A stretch of DNA of 64,000 bases from Nitrososphaerota archaeon (GTDB taxonomy: Archaea > Thermoproteota > Nitrososphaeria_A > Caldarchaeales > Calditenuaceae): positions 45,978 to 109,977 of the forward strand of contig JAWBQR010000004.1 of the NCBI GenBank assembly GCA_038845265.1, written 5' to 3'. The first letter of the stretch is position 1, and each line of letters starts with the position of its first letter. Both the position numbers and the translations under genes were made by a program. Positions 1 through 9,895 of the stretch are shown piece by piece. Under the pieces are notes generated by a model that ran no database searches, was not told the DNA's origin, and was given only the letters and a program-made list of their open reading frames with translations.

Positions 1-71
1 TATAGAGACTTCTCTCAAGTAAGTGATAGTGAAGTCATCAGATATCTTGCGAGTATAAGAGGCGGTGATAG

Positions 72-296
72 TTGAGAGATTTACTGATATCGCTTGGGAT
101 TTTCTTAATGATTCTCGGAGTTCTTCTAGTATTATTCGGAGTCATTAGTAGATTTGTACCGAGGCTTGAGGAGCTCCCCCCAATACTTTACGTACAAAAA
201 ACTTTTAATGGAGTTACTGTCGGTACTTCACCGATCTTGATTATTGCTTTTATCATTTTATATCTGGTGTTGTGGACGATAAAGTTGGGTAAATAA
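72..296 (+). CDS. small hypothetical membrane protein (2 predicted TM helices)
   Basis: 74-aa ORF with two hydrophobic stretches (LISLGIFLMILGVLLVLFGVI; ILIIAFIILYLVLW). No recognisable family. The window starts 71 nt upstream, so context is missing. Confidence 0.25.
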   Translation: MRDLLISLGIFLMILGVLLVLFGVISRFVPRLEELPPILYVQKTFNGVTVGTSPILIIAFIILYLVLWTIKLGK

Positions 297-368
297 AACT
301 TGTTTAAGCAATTGTACAGCCCTGATTCTTAGAAAATTCTTTTAGTCTTAATTGTAGTGGCTATTTTG

Positions 369-1256
369 TCAGCTGGCCTTTCTCTGAGAAATTATTATTC
401 CAATTATGACAAAGAGCGAGCCTATTAGAAACTGAGTAGTTATGACCTCTCCAAGAAAGATGACTGATAAAATGGTCGCTGTTAAAGGACTGATGAACAT
501 GAATACAGATGCCCGGGGAGCCTCTAACCGCCGCATAGCCGTGAAGAAGAGTAATGAGCCAAGTGCCTGCGCTACTGCCCAATAAATAACAAGATAAAGA
601 TGAGACAAATCAGCCCAGATGAGATTATTGATCCTATAAGTAAATAGAGATATTAACAATAGTATCAATGCGCCGAAAACAGCACCGATGGCCGACACTA
701 TAATTGGGTCATGATTCTTCATTAACTTTCTACCAATGATAGAGTAAATGGCTGTTATCAATGCTCCACCGAGTGAAAATAATGCGCCTGGGAATATCCC
801 TGCTGGTGCCGATATGTTTAATCCCTGTACTAATAGCGTTATTCCGATAAACGCAATTAGAATGCCGAAGTATCCCTGAAAACTTAGCCGCTCTTTTATC
901 ATAACGATGGATAAAAGAGCGACAAGAATTGGAGCAGCATTAATAATCATTGCATTAGTTGATGAGGGAATAAATGACAACGCAGTATAGGACAATATTG
1001 GATAGAGGCCAAATTGTAGGCTACCCGCTACTGCTGATAATAGGAACCAGCCACGACTTCTCCTAATTTTTATTCTTAAAGACTTAGTCATTAAGACAAA
1101 TACAAGTAAAAGAAAGCAACTAATGAGAGTGCTTAGAAAGGCTATCTGTATTGAGTCCATATGTGGATTAGAGCTCGTTAATATGCTTCTTATTACAGGA
1201 TGCCCAGAACCCCAAAAAAACCCAGCGATCATCATGAATATATACTCCTTGCGCAT
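369..1256 (-). CDS. DMT-superfamily (EamA-like) permease, 10 TM
   Basis: Polytopic ~295-aa protein with two EamA-like halves (FWGSGHPVIR...; repeated G-rich TM segments). Start taken at the internal Met (MRKEY...) so it does not overlap the divergent HAD gene. The ORF-track start at 1316 is probably too far upstream. Confidence 0.55.
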   Translation of the reverse strand: MRKEYIFMMIAGFFWGSGHPVIRSILTSSNPHMDSIQIAFLSTLISCFLLLVFVLMTKSLRIKIRRSRGWFLLSAVAGSLQFGLYPILSYTALSFIPSSTNAMIINAAPILVALLSIVMIKERLSFQGYFGILIAFIGITLLVQGLNISAPAGIFPGALFSLGGALITAIYSIIGRKLMKNHDPIIVSAIGAVFGALILLLISLFTYRINNLIWADLSHLYLVIYWAVAQALGSLLFFTAMRRLEAPRASVFMFISPLTATILSVIFLGEVITTQFLIGSLFVIIGIIISQRKAS

Positions 1257-1338
1257 CACGGCCGATAAAACAAATTCTTCGCAATTATTATATTGTTTCT
1301 GTAGATTTAAGAGCATGCAAACAAATTGTTATAGCAAG

Positions 1339-1998
1339 ATGGTCAGCATAAGGCTAATAATATTTGATATTGATGGTACGCTTTACTGTTCCAGAAAATA
1401 TGAGGTTGAGTTAGGAAAAACCATAATTGAACTTATCTCAAAGATTCTTGGAATTAGTTTTGAAGAAGCAAAAAAGCGATTAGAGGTGGAGAAGAAATAT
1501 TCACTCACTGTTAGTTCAAGTATTACAAAACTCGGAATCGATAGAAGATATTTTTACTCTCTACTAGCTGAAAGAATCGAGCCTTCATTATTTATTAGCC
1601 CCGAGACAACTTTAGCTGAAAAAATTAAGTCATTAAGGAACAGAGGACTGAAAGTAGCTGCCCATACAAACTCTGGAACTCAACTCGCAAGAAAAGTACT
1701 GTACGCTATCGGTCTATGTCCTGAAGATTTCGACATTTTAGTTACTAGCGATGAAGCTGAACCAAAGCCAAATCCAGACGGCTATATATTAATAACCCAA
1801 AAATTGCGTATACCTCCTAACGAGGCCGTCTATATAGGCGATCGGCCAATAGTTGAACTCAGGACGGCAAAGACGTTAGGGATGACCACAATTCTTATCA
1901 GCAGCCGAGGAAGTAGGTGGGCTGACTATACCGTACCAACAATCCATGAAGCCTTAGAACTTATAAATAAGCTGACTTCAAACCATTCGAGCCAATGA
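1339..1998 (+). CDS. HAD-superfamily hydrolase/phosphatase
   Basis: HAD motif I LIIFDIDGTL sits right after the ATG at 1339, with a conserved Lys and a C-terminal YIGDRPIVE (motif IV) later. The 1123 start in the ORF track would overlap the transporter gene and precede motif I by 72 residues, so it was rejected. Confidence 0.7.
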   Translation: MVSIRLIIFDIDGTLYCSRKYEVELGKTIIELISKILGISFEEAKKRLEVEKKYSLTVSSSITKLGIDRRYFYSLLAERIEPSLFISPETTLAEKIKSLRNRGLKVAAHTNSGTQLARKVLYAIGLCPEDFDILVTSDEAEPKPNPDGYILITQKLRIPPNEAVYIGDRPIVELRTAKTLGMTTILISSRGSRWADYTVPTIHEALELINKLTSNHSSQ

Positions 1999-2053
1999 TC
2001 TTAGGCATGATTAATTAAATACGTTTTTGAGTAATGTCTGATATGTATACTGT

Positions 2054-2599
2054 ATGGTTACTGGGAGGGGAGACAATGGCGAAACTGATTTACTTGGCGG
2101 CGTCAGGGTACATAAGTCACATCCTAGAATTGAATGCCTAGGCGAACTCGACGAGCTCTCCTCATTTATCGGATATTCAATATCATTGAGCAGGTCACGC
2201 TACCCTGAAATTACAAACATTTTACTCAGGATTCAAAACGACCTTTTTAGGATAGGCACTGAAATCGCATCTATGGATAAGATAAATCTATCAGTCACGC
2301 CCGTAAATGAGGAAGATATTAATAATCTCGAAAAATTGATTATGAATTATCAAGGCGAATTAACTGAACTAAAACAATTTGTTTATCCAGGGGGAAGCTT
2401 ACTAGGCGCATCAATACACATAGCAAGAGCTGTCGCAAGAAGGACGGAAAGAAGACTAGTTGCTTTAAAACTTAAAGAACAAATAAATCCCCTCATTATA
2501 AAATATTTAAATCGACTATCAACACTCTTATTTGTTTTAGCTAGATATATCAATAAGCTAGAAGAGGTTCAGGAAAATTTATGGAGCAGAAAGCAATAA
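2054..2599 (+). CDS. PduO-type ATP:cob(I)alamin adenosyltransferase family protein
   Basis: N-terminus MVTGRGDNGETDLLGGVRVHKSHPRIECLGELDELSSFIG matches the TRGGDxGxTSL...R..K....EA.G.DEL signature of the PduO/MMAB family. Length ~180 aa is typical. Confidence 0.75.
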   Translation: MVTGRGDNGETDLLGGVRVHKSHPRIECLGELDELSSFIGYSISLSRSRYPEITNILLRIQNDLFRIGTEIASMDKINLSVTPVNEEDINNLEKLIMNYQGELTELKQFVYPGGSLLGASIHIARAVARRTERRLVALKLKEQINPLIIKYLNRLSTLLFVLARYINKLEEVQENLWSRKQ

Positions 2600-2600
2600 A

Positions 2601-3242
2601 TTAAATGCGATACCTAGGAGTTGGTCTAGACTTATGCTTCAACAGATGCAGGACAAGTATTTCTGAAGCATCAACCAAGTCTTTAGCATTAAATGTTTCA
2701 ATGATATTATCGCTAAACATCATGTTTGTAACCGGAGTAGTATAAGTTTTACGATCACCTGGCCACAACTGCACTAAAATTTTGAATTGTGGGAAAAAAC
2801 TAAATGAAAAACTTATTCCACCAAGTTTCTCCTTAGTACCGTCTAGTAACTTACACGCCATCTCAAATAGTTGAGGTTCATATCCAAAATTTTCTATTAG
2901 GGGCCTATATGCCCTCTTATGCATATCTCCTGTTAACTGCTGTCCACCAGGCATTCTATCTATTCCTAACCACCCTGTTTTTCCTTTTACACGACCGGGA
3001 TAGGTTAAGTATTTCAAGATAAGCCTCGTAATCTTTTCGTCTACAATCTTTTCCGCCACTACATCAATTGCTTCACCGCTAGAGAGATTAAGTGAGTAAG
3101 ACTTTGTTAAGAGATTAATCAAAAATCTCTCGGGCTTTCCTTCTCTTGCTGGTAGGTATACAACTTGGCATGACTTAACTATTTCTTCAACAGGTCTTTC
3201 ACGAACTTTATTCAATAACCCCTCAAGCCCAATTCTCTCCAT
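2601..3242 (-). CDS. hypothetical protein (last gene of an RHH-led operon)
   Basis: 213-aa ORF with no Cys and no recognisable catalytic motif. It lies 40 nt downstream of the 3283-3723 gene on the same strand. Confidence 0.4.
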   Translation of the reverse strand: MERIGLEGLLNKVRERPVEEIVKSCQVVYLPAREGKPERFLINLLTKSYSLNLSSGEAIDVVAEKIVDEKITRLILKYLTYPGRVKGKTGWLGIDRMPGGQQLTGDMHKRAYRPLIENFGYEPQLFEMACKLLDGTKEKLGGISFSFSFFPQFKILVQLWPGDRKTYTTPVTNMMFSDNIIETFNAKDLVDASEILVLHLLKHKSRPTPRYRI

Positions 3243-3282
3243 GCTATCAGCTGATAATTCTAAAAAGTCAGTTAAATAAATT

Positions 3283-3723
3283 TCATTTCATTGTCCTAAG
3301 GCATTCTGAGGGCGTAAGTACTTTAACTGATATTCGGTTTTCTAAAGGTTTTTTCATCCAAGTAATATAGGCTTCAGCCTCCGGGGTCGAGTCAAGGACC
3401 ATAGCTATTAATGCATTTTTATAACTTAGACCTCTTGTAAGATATTCCATCATAGTGTCTATGTGAGATTCCCATGAATCTTGATATTCGGGAAAAAGCA
3501 CTATATGTTCCTTGCTCTTGAGATAAGATATGTATAATTCCCTGGCCTGTTTACTGCCAATCCTTGCAGCAATTATTCCAATCAAGTCTAATAATCCAAA
3601 TATCGTAATGCCTTTACTAATCCCTCTGAGCCTTTTTAATAATCCCTCATTATCATCAAACCGCTCGTCATCAGTCATCGAAAGATGGTGAATAGTCAAT
3701 ACGTCAGGGCCTAATACTAGCAC
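3283..3723 (-). CDS. hypothetical protein (middle gene of an RHH-led operon)
   Basis: 146-aa ORF. Its start is 2 nt from the stop of the RHH gene (3726), indicating translational coupling. No family recognised. Confidence 0.4.
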   Translation of the reverse strand: MLVLGPDVLTIHHLSMTDDERFDDNEGLLKRLRGISKGITIFGLLDLIGIIAARIGSKQARELYISYLKSKEHIVLFPEYQDSWESHIDTMMEYLTRGLSYKNALIAMVLDSTPEAEAYITWMKKPLENRISVKVLTPSECLRTMK

Positions 3724-3725
3724 TT

Positions 3726-4001
3726 CTAATCCTCACCTAACTCCTCTTCTAAGTTTAGATTTTTTCTGGAACCCTCGAAGATCAGTTCCTCCGGAGCCTC
3801 AGTCTTAGAGAGCCGCCCGCCAAGATATAGTGCGGTTGCCCTCGCCTCTGGGCTTGTTCTGGAATACCTCTGAACAAGCATCCTAATAGCATCTGTAACC
3901 GCCTCGCTTCGATTTCTGAAGATACCTTCACTGCATAGCTCATCTATCCTCCTCACTAAGGCGGCGCTTATCCTTACCTGGAGCAATACTGTATCGCTCA
4001 T
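3726..4001 (-). CDS. ribbon-helix-helix (CopG/Arc/MetJ-type) DNA-binding protein
   Basis: N-terminal VRISAALVRRIDELCSEGIFRNRSEAVTDAIRMLV fits the RHH beta-strand/helix/helix pattern. A ~45-aa acidic C-terminal tail follows. Confidence 0.6.
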   Translation of the reverse strand: MSDTVLLQVRISAALVRRIDELCSEGIFRNRSEAVTDAIRMLVQRYSRTSPEARATALYLGGRLSKTEAPEELIFEGSRKNLNLEEELGED

Positions 4002-4187
4002 ACTTTCTGCAAGATATAATCAGTAGTATGAAATAAATAAGCTTTGCAGTATATACAAAGTCAAAAACCATTAGTACAATTTTTTACAGTCCCCAAATTA
4101 TGTAAAAATTCATTAATATAATTAATTAATGTTTTTTGGTATTTGACAATAAAGTTATTAAAAGGAGTTAAATATTTATTATTCAGG

Positions 4188-4592
4188 ATGCAATCTTCTA
4201 AAATTAGTAAACTCGAAGAAAGAGCCCTTAAGCTTTTGCTTAAATATGAAGACAAGGGTCTTCTTCAGTCGGAGCTTTGGCATAAGCTTGGCGTTACGAG
4301 CAGGGATGGCTCCAGAATCGCTATTAAACTCGAGAAGAGAGGACTTATAAAAAGAGTAAAAGAATTCGCCAACGATAGATGGACAAGACGGCTGGTGCCG
4401 CTCGTTAAGCCATTTGACGTCGCCATACTGAAGGGTTCACCATGCCCCTCCTGTCAATATAATAATAATTGCGGAGCTGGACAGACATATTCGCCTACAA
4501 ACTGCGTCTTGATAGAGAACTGGCTACTCTCTGCTGCGATTAGCGAGGCAAGGGATGCACCTTCAATAAACATCCAAGACAAAAAGGCTTGA
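4188..4592 (+). CDS. winged-helix transcriptional regulator with C-terminal Cys cluster (putative Zn ribbon)
   Basis: LSKLEERALKLLLKYEDKGLLQSELWHKLGVTSRDGSRIAIKLEKRGLIKR is a wHTH-like core. C-terminal CPSC-x6-C-x9-C cluster. ATG at 4188 is preferred over the upstream TTG at 4143. Confidence 0.45.
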   Translation: MQSSKISKLEERALKLLLKYEDKGLLQSELWHKLGVTSRDGSRIAIKLEKRGLIKRVKEFANDRWTRRLVPLVKPFDVAILKGSPCPSCQYNNNCGAGQTYSPTNCVLIENWLLSAAISEARDAPSINIQDKKA

Positions 4593-4601
4593 GAGAACAA
4601 T

Positions 4602-4677
4602 TGGGGCCGGCCGGATTTGAACCGGCGACCTCCCGGGCCCGAGCCGGGCATCTTAGACCATGCTCGACCACGGCCCC
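4602..4677 (-). tRNA. tRNA-Pro (anticodon CGG)
   Basis: The reverse complement folds as a cloverleaf. Acceptor GGGGCCG/CGGCCCC, anticodon stem CCCGG/CCGGG with loop CUCGGGC (anticodon CGG), T-arm GCCGG-TTCAAAT-CCGGC, discriminator A. CCA is not encoded. The sequence is GC-rich against an AT-rich background. Confidence 0.85.
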
Positions 4678-4719
4678 GTTCTCCTGTAATATAAATGAGT
4701 ATCCTATATTTTATCTATT

Positions 4720-5412
4720 TCAATGAGTAACTTGAGCGCTTATGAGTCGCCTACAGCGTTGAATTAATTCAGTGACTGCGTCGAATGTTTTACCACCATC
4801 CTCGGCTTTTACTACTATTATAGTATCAGTGTTGCAGCTAATAATCTCCTCTACATTTATTCCTTTAATACTTAGTTGGGCTAGAATTAGTGATAGAACA
4901 CCTGGTGTTGATGTTATTTCGATAGGGCTGACAATCATTAGTGCTACTAATCCAACCGATTCATCAATTATTGAATGTCTCAGAAAATGTCTTTTAACAC
5001 TCAAATGGTATTTTACATCATAGATCAACGTTATTGAAGATAAACCTTCCAGAGCCTGGAAGAACCTTCTTCTATATTTAAATGTCAGATCTCTGACGAT
5101 CTGACGGTTTTTCACAGTCCTCTTAACTGACAGTCTGGACAAATCTGATTTGATGTTTAGTCTACTTCTAGCGACAACTCGGGCAACGGGGTATGATAAC
5201 TCTTCCTGACTTTTCCTGAGACGCTTTAATGAAGTCACTATCGCATCGGTTTTAATAGGTCTTTTAAGCATGTCTTCGACGGTGGGCTTTAATAACCTGG
5301 CTAGAGCTGAGAGGTTGACGAACCCCCTCGAAAGTCCGGACAGAATATAGGGATCCAACTCTACAAGTGTCTTCACTATACTAGATATTGACCAATTTTG
5401 GACTATATTCAT
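4720..5412 (-). CDS. ACT-domain-containing protein (putative amino-acid-responsive regulator)
   Basis: C-terminal ~70 aa look like an ACT fold (ITSTPGVLSLILAQLSIKGINVEEIISCNTDTIIVVKAEDGG). It is divergent from carA. The start is uncertain: the internal Met at 5412 avoids overlapping carA, whereas the longest ORF reaches 5511. Confidence 0.4.
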   Translation of the reverse strand: MNIVQNWSISSIVKTLVELDPYILSGLSRGFVNLSALARLLKPTVEDMLKRPIKTDAIVTSLKRLRKSQEELSYPVARVVARSRLNIKSDLSRLSVKRTVKNRQIVRDLTFKYRRRFFQALEGLSSITLIYDVKYHLSVKRHFLRHSIIDESVGLVALMIVSPIEITSTPGVLSLILAQLSIKGINVEEIISCNTDTIIVVKAEDGGKTFDAVTELIQRCRRLISAQVTH

Positions 5413-5469
5413 TTCTTTAGACCCATATTGGGCAATAGATATATTAAGTTTATCTTCTGCGCAAATTGA

Positions 5470-6609
5470 ATGATGGTATACAATGAGATAGAGTTTAACC
5501 AGCAGGGTCATTTAAGTGATGCTCCATATGCAGTAGTCATCCTCGAAGATGGCACACTTCTTTATGGCGTAGGATTCGGAGCAACAGGTCGAAGGACTGG
5601 AGAGATCGTCTTCTCAACTTCTATGAATGGATATACAGAATCACTCACAGATCCATCATATATGGGACAAATATTGGTGCTAACTCATCCGTTAGTGGGT
5701 AATTATGGAGTCCCCCCAGACTTTGAGTCAGAGAGGATACAAATAGAGGCCCTCATAGTATCAAGGGCAACTGATCCTAGTCATCCCAGATCAATTAAGT
5801 CATTATCAGAGTGGCTTGAGGAAAACAAAGTCCCCGGAATAATGGATATTGATACAAGGTTTCTAGTCAAGAAAATTAGGGAAAAAGGAGTAATGGGATG
5901 TGCTGTCGAAGTTACATATGACGTAGATTCAGTAAATCCATCAGAATTGCTTCAAGCGGCAAAAAACTTTAATTACGACTTAGCAAAGTTTAGGAACTCA
6001 TCAATCGATGAACTAAAGATCTTTGGTAACGGAGATCAAATAATAGTCATTATAGATCTCGGCGTGAAATTAGGCATAATAAGAAAGCTTCTAAAATATG
6101 GCTTCAAAATTATAGTTACTTCTCCGAAAAACCTCGATGAATTATTAAGATTAAAACCTGCAGGAATAGTAGTCAGTAATGGACCTGGAAACCCTGCGCT
6201 CATGCATGATGAGATAGATAAAGTGGCAACGATAGTTAACGAAGATATTCCGACACTCGGCATATGTCTTGGACATCAGCTCATCGCTCTAGCGTGTGGT
6301 GCCAAAACATTCAAGATGAAGTATGGGCACAGAGGAATTAACAAGCCATGCAGAGATCTCAGGTATGGTAAAAGGGTAATTACACTTCAGAATCATGGAT
6401 ACGCAGTTGATCATAATAGCCTCGAAGGGACAGGCCTTAAACCATGGTTTGTTAATTGTGACGATGGAACAATAGAGGGGCTTTATCATGAGGATGCACC
6501 GGTCATTACTGTTCAGTTCCACCCCGAGGGAGCGCCAGGTCCGCGAGATTCTGAATATGTTTTTGAGGAATTCGCAAGGTTAGTATCGGCCTATGGAAAG
6601 AATATCTAA
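5470..6609 (+). CDS. carA: carbamoyl-phosphate synthase small (glutamine amidotransferase) subunit
   Basis: N-terminal CarA domain (AVVILEDGT...GEIVFSTSMNGYTE) plus a class-I GATase triad region (GICLGHQLIALACGAKTFKMKYGHRG). It overlaps carB by 17 nt. Confidence 0.9.
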   Translation: MMVYNEIEFNQQGHLSDAPYAVVILEDGTLLYGVGFGATGRRTGEIVFSTSMNGYTESLTDPSYMGQILVLTHPLVGNYGVPPDFESERIQIEALIVSRATDPSHPRSIKSLSEWLEENKVPGIMDIDTRFLVKKIREKGVMGCAVEVTYDVDSVNPSELLQAAKNFNYDLAKFRNSSIDELKIFGNGDQIIVIIDLGVKLGIIRKLLKYGFKIIVTSPKNLDELLRLKPAGIVVSNGPGNPALMHDEIDKVATIVNEDIPTLGICLGHQLIALACGAKTFKMKYGHRGINKPCRDLRYGKRVITLQNHGYAVDHNSLEGTGLKPWFVNCDDGTIEGLYHEDAPVITVQFHPEGAPGPRDSEYVFEEFARLVSAYGKNI

Positions 6610-9600
6610 GGTTCTCGTTCTCGGGTCTGGAGGAATTAAGATAGCTGAAGCTGCCGAATTTGATTATAGTGGAAGCCAAGCATTGAAGGCATTAAAAGAG
6701 GAAGGGATCAAAACCGTATTGGTTAATCCTAATGTTGCTACTATTCAGACTTCCCATACACTCGCGGATAAAGTATATCTCCTGCCACTCACGTCAGATT
6801 TTGTTTCACGAGTTATTGAGAAGGAGCGTCCAGACGGCATATTAATTGGTTTCGGCGGCCAGTCAGCACTCTCGACCGGAGTAGAGCTTTATCGTAAAGG
6901 AGTACTTTCTGAGTACAGTGTTAAAGTTTTAGGCACACCCATTGAGGGAATAGAGGCCGCGCTTACACGACATATCTTCCGTGAAACTATGTTGCAGTCG
7001 GGGATACCAATACCGCCCTCCATGCCTGCGACAACAATTGATGGAGCGCTCGAAGCTGCTGAGGAAATAGGTTACCCCGTGATAGTAAGAGTTAGCTTCA
7101 ATCTTGGTGGAAGAGGCAGTTTTATAGCTCGTAGAAGGCAGGATCTCGAGTCAGAACTCTCTAGAGCTTTTTCTCATAGTCCTGTTAAGAGTCTTCTTGT
7201 TGAGAGGTATCTTGATAGATGGAAAGAGATAGAATATGAGATAGTTCGAGATAGGGATGGAAACTCAGTTGCGGTCGCATGTCTGGAAAACATTGAACCG
7301 ATGGGTGTACATACTGGCGAGTCACTAGTAGTCGCTCCGAGCCAGACGCTAACAGACACTGAATATCAATCAATGAGACGCGCGTCCATAAAGGTAGCTG
7401 AAGCAATAAATCTGATTGGTGAGTGTAACGTACAATTAGCGTTAGATCAAAAATCAGGAATGTACTATGTCATCGAGACAAATCCCAGAATGTCCCGAAG
7501 CAGTGCTCTCGCAAGCAAGGCGACAGGATATCCATTAGCATATGTCGCGGCTAAGCTTGCTCTTGGATATCTTCTCGATGAATTAATTAATAAAGTGACT
7601 GGAACCACAACTGCTTTTTTCGAACCGAGCCTTGACTACATTGTTTTGAAGGCGCCGAGATGGGACCTTGAAAAGTTCTGGCCAGTTGAAAATGTCCTGA
7701 ACTCTGAGATGAAGAGCGTCGGTGAGGTAATGGCGATAGGGAGAAACCTAGAAGAGGTCTATCAAAAAGCATTCAGGATGCTAGACATAGGAGTAACCGG
7801 CGTTGTAACCTCAAAAATGTTTGAAGACGAAGAAGCACTTGACAGCATATTATTGAGAATTGAGAATTTCAGGCCATACTGGCTATTAGATATCGCTAAG
7901 GCAATTATACGTGGAGCAACAGTAGAAGATATTTCCTCAAAAACTGGGGTTGACCCATTCTTTATTAGACCTGTGGAGAACATTGTAAAAATAGGAAGAA
8001 GACTCATCAATTTGAAAAAACTGGACGAAAAACAACGCAGATTGATTCTGCGAGAAGCAGTTAAAAATGGATTCTCTGCAGAACAGATAGCTGAACTTTC
8101 AAAATACACGACTAATGAAATAATGACGATGCTTAAGGAATGTTCAATCTTTCCAGTCGCCAAAAATATTGATACACTTGCTGGAGAACAACCCGCTAGA
8201 ACCAACTATCTTTACATGACTTTTAATGGTATCGAAGATGATACTAATCCTTCAGGCAAGGACTCAATTATCATTTTAGGCGCTGGAGGATTTAGAATAG
8301 GAGTGTCAGTCGAGTTTGACTGGGCTGTTGTTGGGATCTACAAGTCACTTAGAGACAAGGGTTGGAATGTCATCGTAATTAATTATAATCCAGAGACCGT
8401 ATCAACGGATTGGGACATTGTACATAGGCTCTACAATGCTGAACTCGCAACCTCTTCATTAATGTGGATTATGGAGAAAGTAAATACAAGGAGGGTAATA
8501 ATATCTGCTGGAGGACAGATTGGCAATAACTTGGCAGTCGAGCTGGCGAAAAACAATTTAGAAATCATAGGGACACCTTCATTATCAATCGATAGAGCAG
8601 AAGACCGGTCTAAATTTAGCAGAGTTGTCGAGGATCTTGGACTGAAACAGCCGCCATGGAACAGGGTAAATAATCTTGTAGACGCATTAGACTTTGCTGA
8701 TGAAGTGGGATATCCAGTAATTGTTAGACCGAGCTATATTCTTAGCGGTTCTTCGATATTCATTGCTTGGAACAAAAAAGAGTTGTCCTCCCTTATAGAG
8801 AAAGTGATTTCTATCTCTGATAAACCAATAGTAATCAGTAAATATTTCGAGGACGCTATAGAGTCAGAAGTCGATGGTGTCACAGACGGTGCCTCAACAT
8901 TAATCGTGCCTCTAGAGCACGTTGAGCCTGCAGGCGTACACAGTGGTGATGCAACGATACACACACCATTAAGAGAATTAGATGAAAGAATGCTTAGAAA
9001 GATGACCGAAACTGCACATTATTTAGTAAAGGAGCTGAAGATAAAGGGCCCTTTCAATGTTCAGTTCATTGTTAAAAATTCCGATCTCTATTTATTAGAA
9101 ATGAATTTGAGATGTAGTAGGTCCATGCCTTTCAGCAGTAAGGCATGCGGCATCAATTTAATGGACCTATGGGCATCAGTAATAACGACCTCGAAACTTA
9201 ATATCCCCAAAAATGCAATAGAAATAAGAAGTAATGTCTTCATACCCAACACTAATGCATGGGCAGTAAAGTCGCCCCAATTTTCTTGGGCACAGTTAAA
9301 GAGGAGTTATCCTTCTCTGAGCCCTGAGATGAGGAGCACAGGAGAGGTGGCGGCTTTAGGACTTACATTCCATGAAGCACTTCTAAAGAGTTGGATATCT
9401 GCGACACCTAATAAAATTCCGAGCAGTGACAAGCCCATATTAATATACACTGCGAATACTCGAGATGCTCACATAATGGAAATGGCTGCAAGGAAATTCA
9501 TGGAGGCGGATTTCGAGGTAGTCACACTAAGCGGTGGGATAATTGACCGATTAGATGCATTAACTGTTGAAGATGCTGTTCACGCAATTAAGAGAAACAC

Positions 9601-9799
9601 AATCGGATTAATCATAACTAGTGGTTACTCACCATCAATAGACTATGCGGTTAGGAGGACAGCAGTAGACCATAATGTACCACTCATTCTCGACGCTAAA
9701 CTAGGATATGAAATTGTAACAGCCATAAAGAAGCACAAAACCGGAGAGATAGAGATGGATGTTAAAGAAATTTCAGAATATTGGAACAATCATGTCTAA
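6593..9799 (+). CDS. carB: carbamoyl-phosphate synthase large subunit
   Basis: 1068 aa with duplicated ATP-grasp halves (KVLVLGSGGIKIAEAAEFDYSG...; IIILGAGGFRIGVSVEFDW...), an oligomerisation domain and an MGS-like domain. Confidence 0.95.
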   Translation: MERISKVLVLGSGGIKIAEAAEFDYSGSQALKALKEEGIKTVLVNPNVATIQTSHTLADKVYLLPLTSDFVSRVIEKERPDGILIGFGGQSALSTGVELYRKGVLSEYSVKVLGTPIEGIEAALTRHIFRETMLQSGIPIPPSMPATTIDGALEAAEEIGYPVIVRVSFNLGGRGSFIARRRQDLESELSRAFSHSPVKSLLVERYLDRWKEIEYEIVRDRDGNSVAVACLENIEPMGVHTGESLVVAPSQTLTDTEYQSMRRASIKVAEAINLIGECNVQLALDQKSGMYYVIETNPRMSRSSALASKATGYPLAYVAAKLALGYLLDELINKVTGTTTAFFEPSLDYIVLKAPRWDLEKFWPVENVLNSEMKSVGEVMAIGRNLEEVYQKAFRMLDIGVTGVVTSKMFEDEEALDSILLRIENFRPYWLLDIAKAIIRGATVEDISSKTGVDPFFIRPVENIVKIGRRLINLKKLDEKQRRLILREAVKNGFSAEQIAELSKYTTNEIMTMLKECSIFPVAKNIDTLAGEQPARTNYLYMTFNGIEDDTNPSGKDSIIILGAGGFRIGVSVEFDWAVVGIYKSLRDKGWNVIVINYNPETVSTDWDIVHRLYNAELATSSLMWIMEKVNTRRVIISAGGQIGNNLAVELAKNNLEIIGTPSLSIDRAEDRSKFSRVVEDLGLKQPPWNRVNNLVDALDFADEVGYPVIVRPSYILSGSSIFIAWNKKELSSLIEKVISISDKPIVISKYFEDAIESEVDGVTDGASTLIVPLEHVEPAGVHSGDATIHTPLRELDERMLRKMTETAHYLVKELKIKGPFNVQFIVKNSDLYLLEMNLRCSRSMPFSSKACGINLMDLWASVITTSKLNIPKNAIEIRSNVFIPNTNAWAVKSPQFSWAQLKRSYPSLSPEMRSTGEVAALGLTFHEALLKSWISATPNKIPSSDKPILIYTANTRDAHIMEMAARKFMEADFEVVTLSGGIIDRLDALTVEDAVHAIKRNTIGLIITSGYSPSIDYAVRRTAVDHNVPLILDAKLGYEIVTAIKKHKTGEIEMDVKEISEYWNNHV

Positions 9800-9821
9800 T
9801 CAATAAATACACCGATTATGA

Positions 9822-9895
9822 GAGCCCCGGGCGGGGGTCGAACCCGCGACCTGCCGCTTACAAGGCGGCCGCTCTACCACTGAGCTACCGGGGCC
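9822..9895 (-). tRNA. tRNA-Thr (anticodon UGU)
   Basis: Reverse complement: acceptor GCCCCGG/CCGGGGC, D-arm GCTC-AGTGGTA-GAGC, anticodon stem GCCGC/GCGGC with loop CUUGUAA (anticodon UGU), T-arm GCGGG-TTCGACC-CCCGC. No encoded CCA. Confidence 0.85.

Noticed and set aside
1123-1338. Long N-terminal extension of the HAD hydrolase ORF (start at 1123)
   Set aside because: It would overlap the divergent transporter gene by ~190 nt and places 72 residues before HAD motif I. The ATG at 1339 immediately precedes the DxDGT motif instead.
7174-8964. Several 60-150-aa minus-strand ORFs inside carB (7174-7359, 7185-7406, 7587-7772, 7762-8205, 8734-8964)
   Set aside because: They are antisense to a clearly conserved 1068-aa carB reading frame. 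They have no motifs and show typical shadow-ORF behaviour. The same applies to antisense ORFs inside acnA, polB, mcm, hel308, secY and others.
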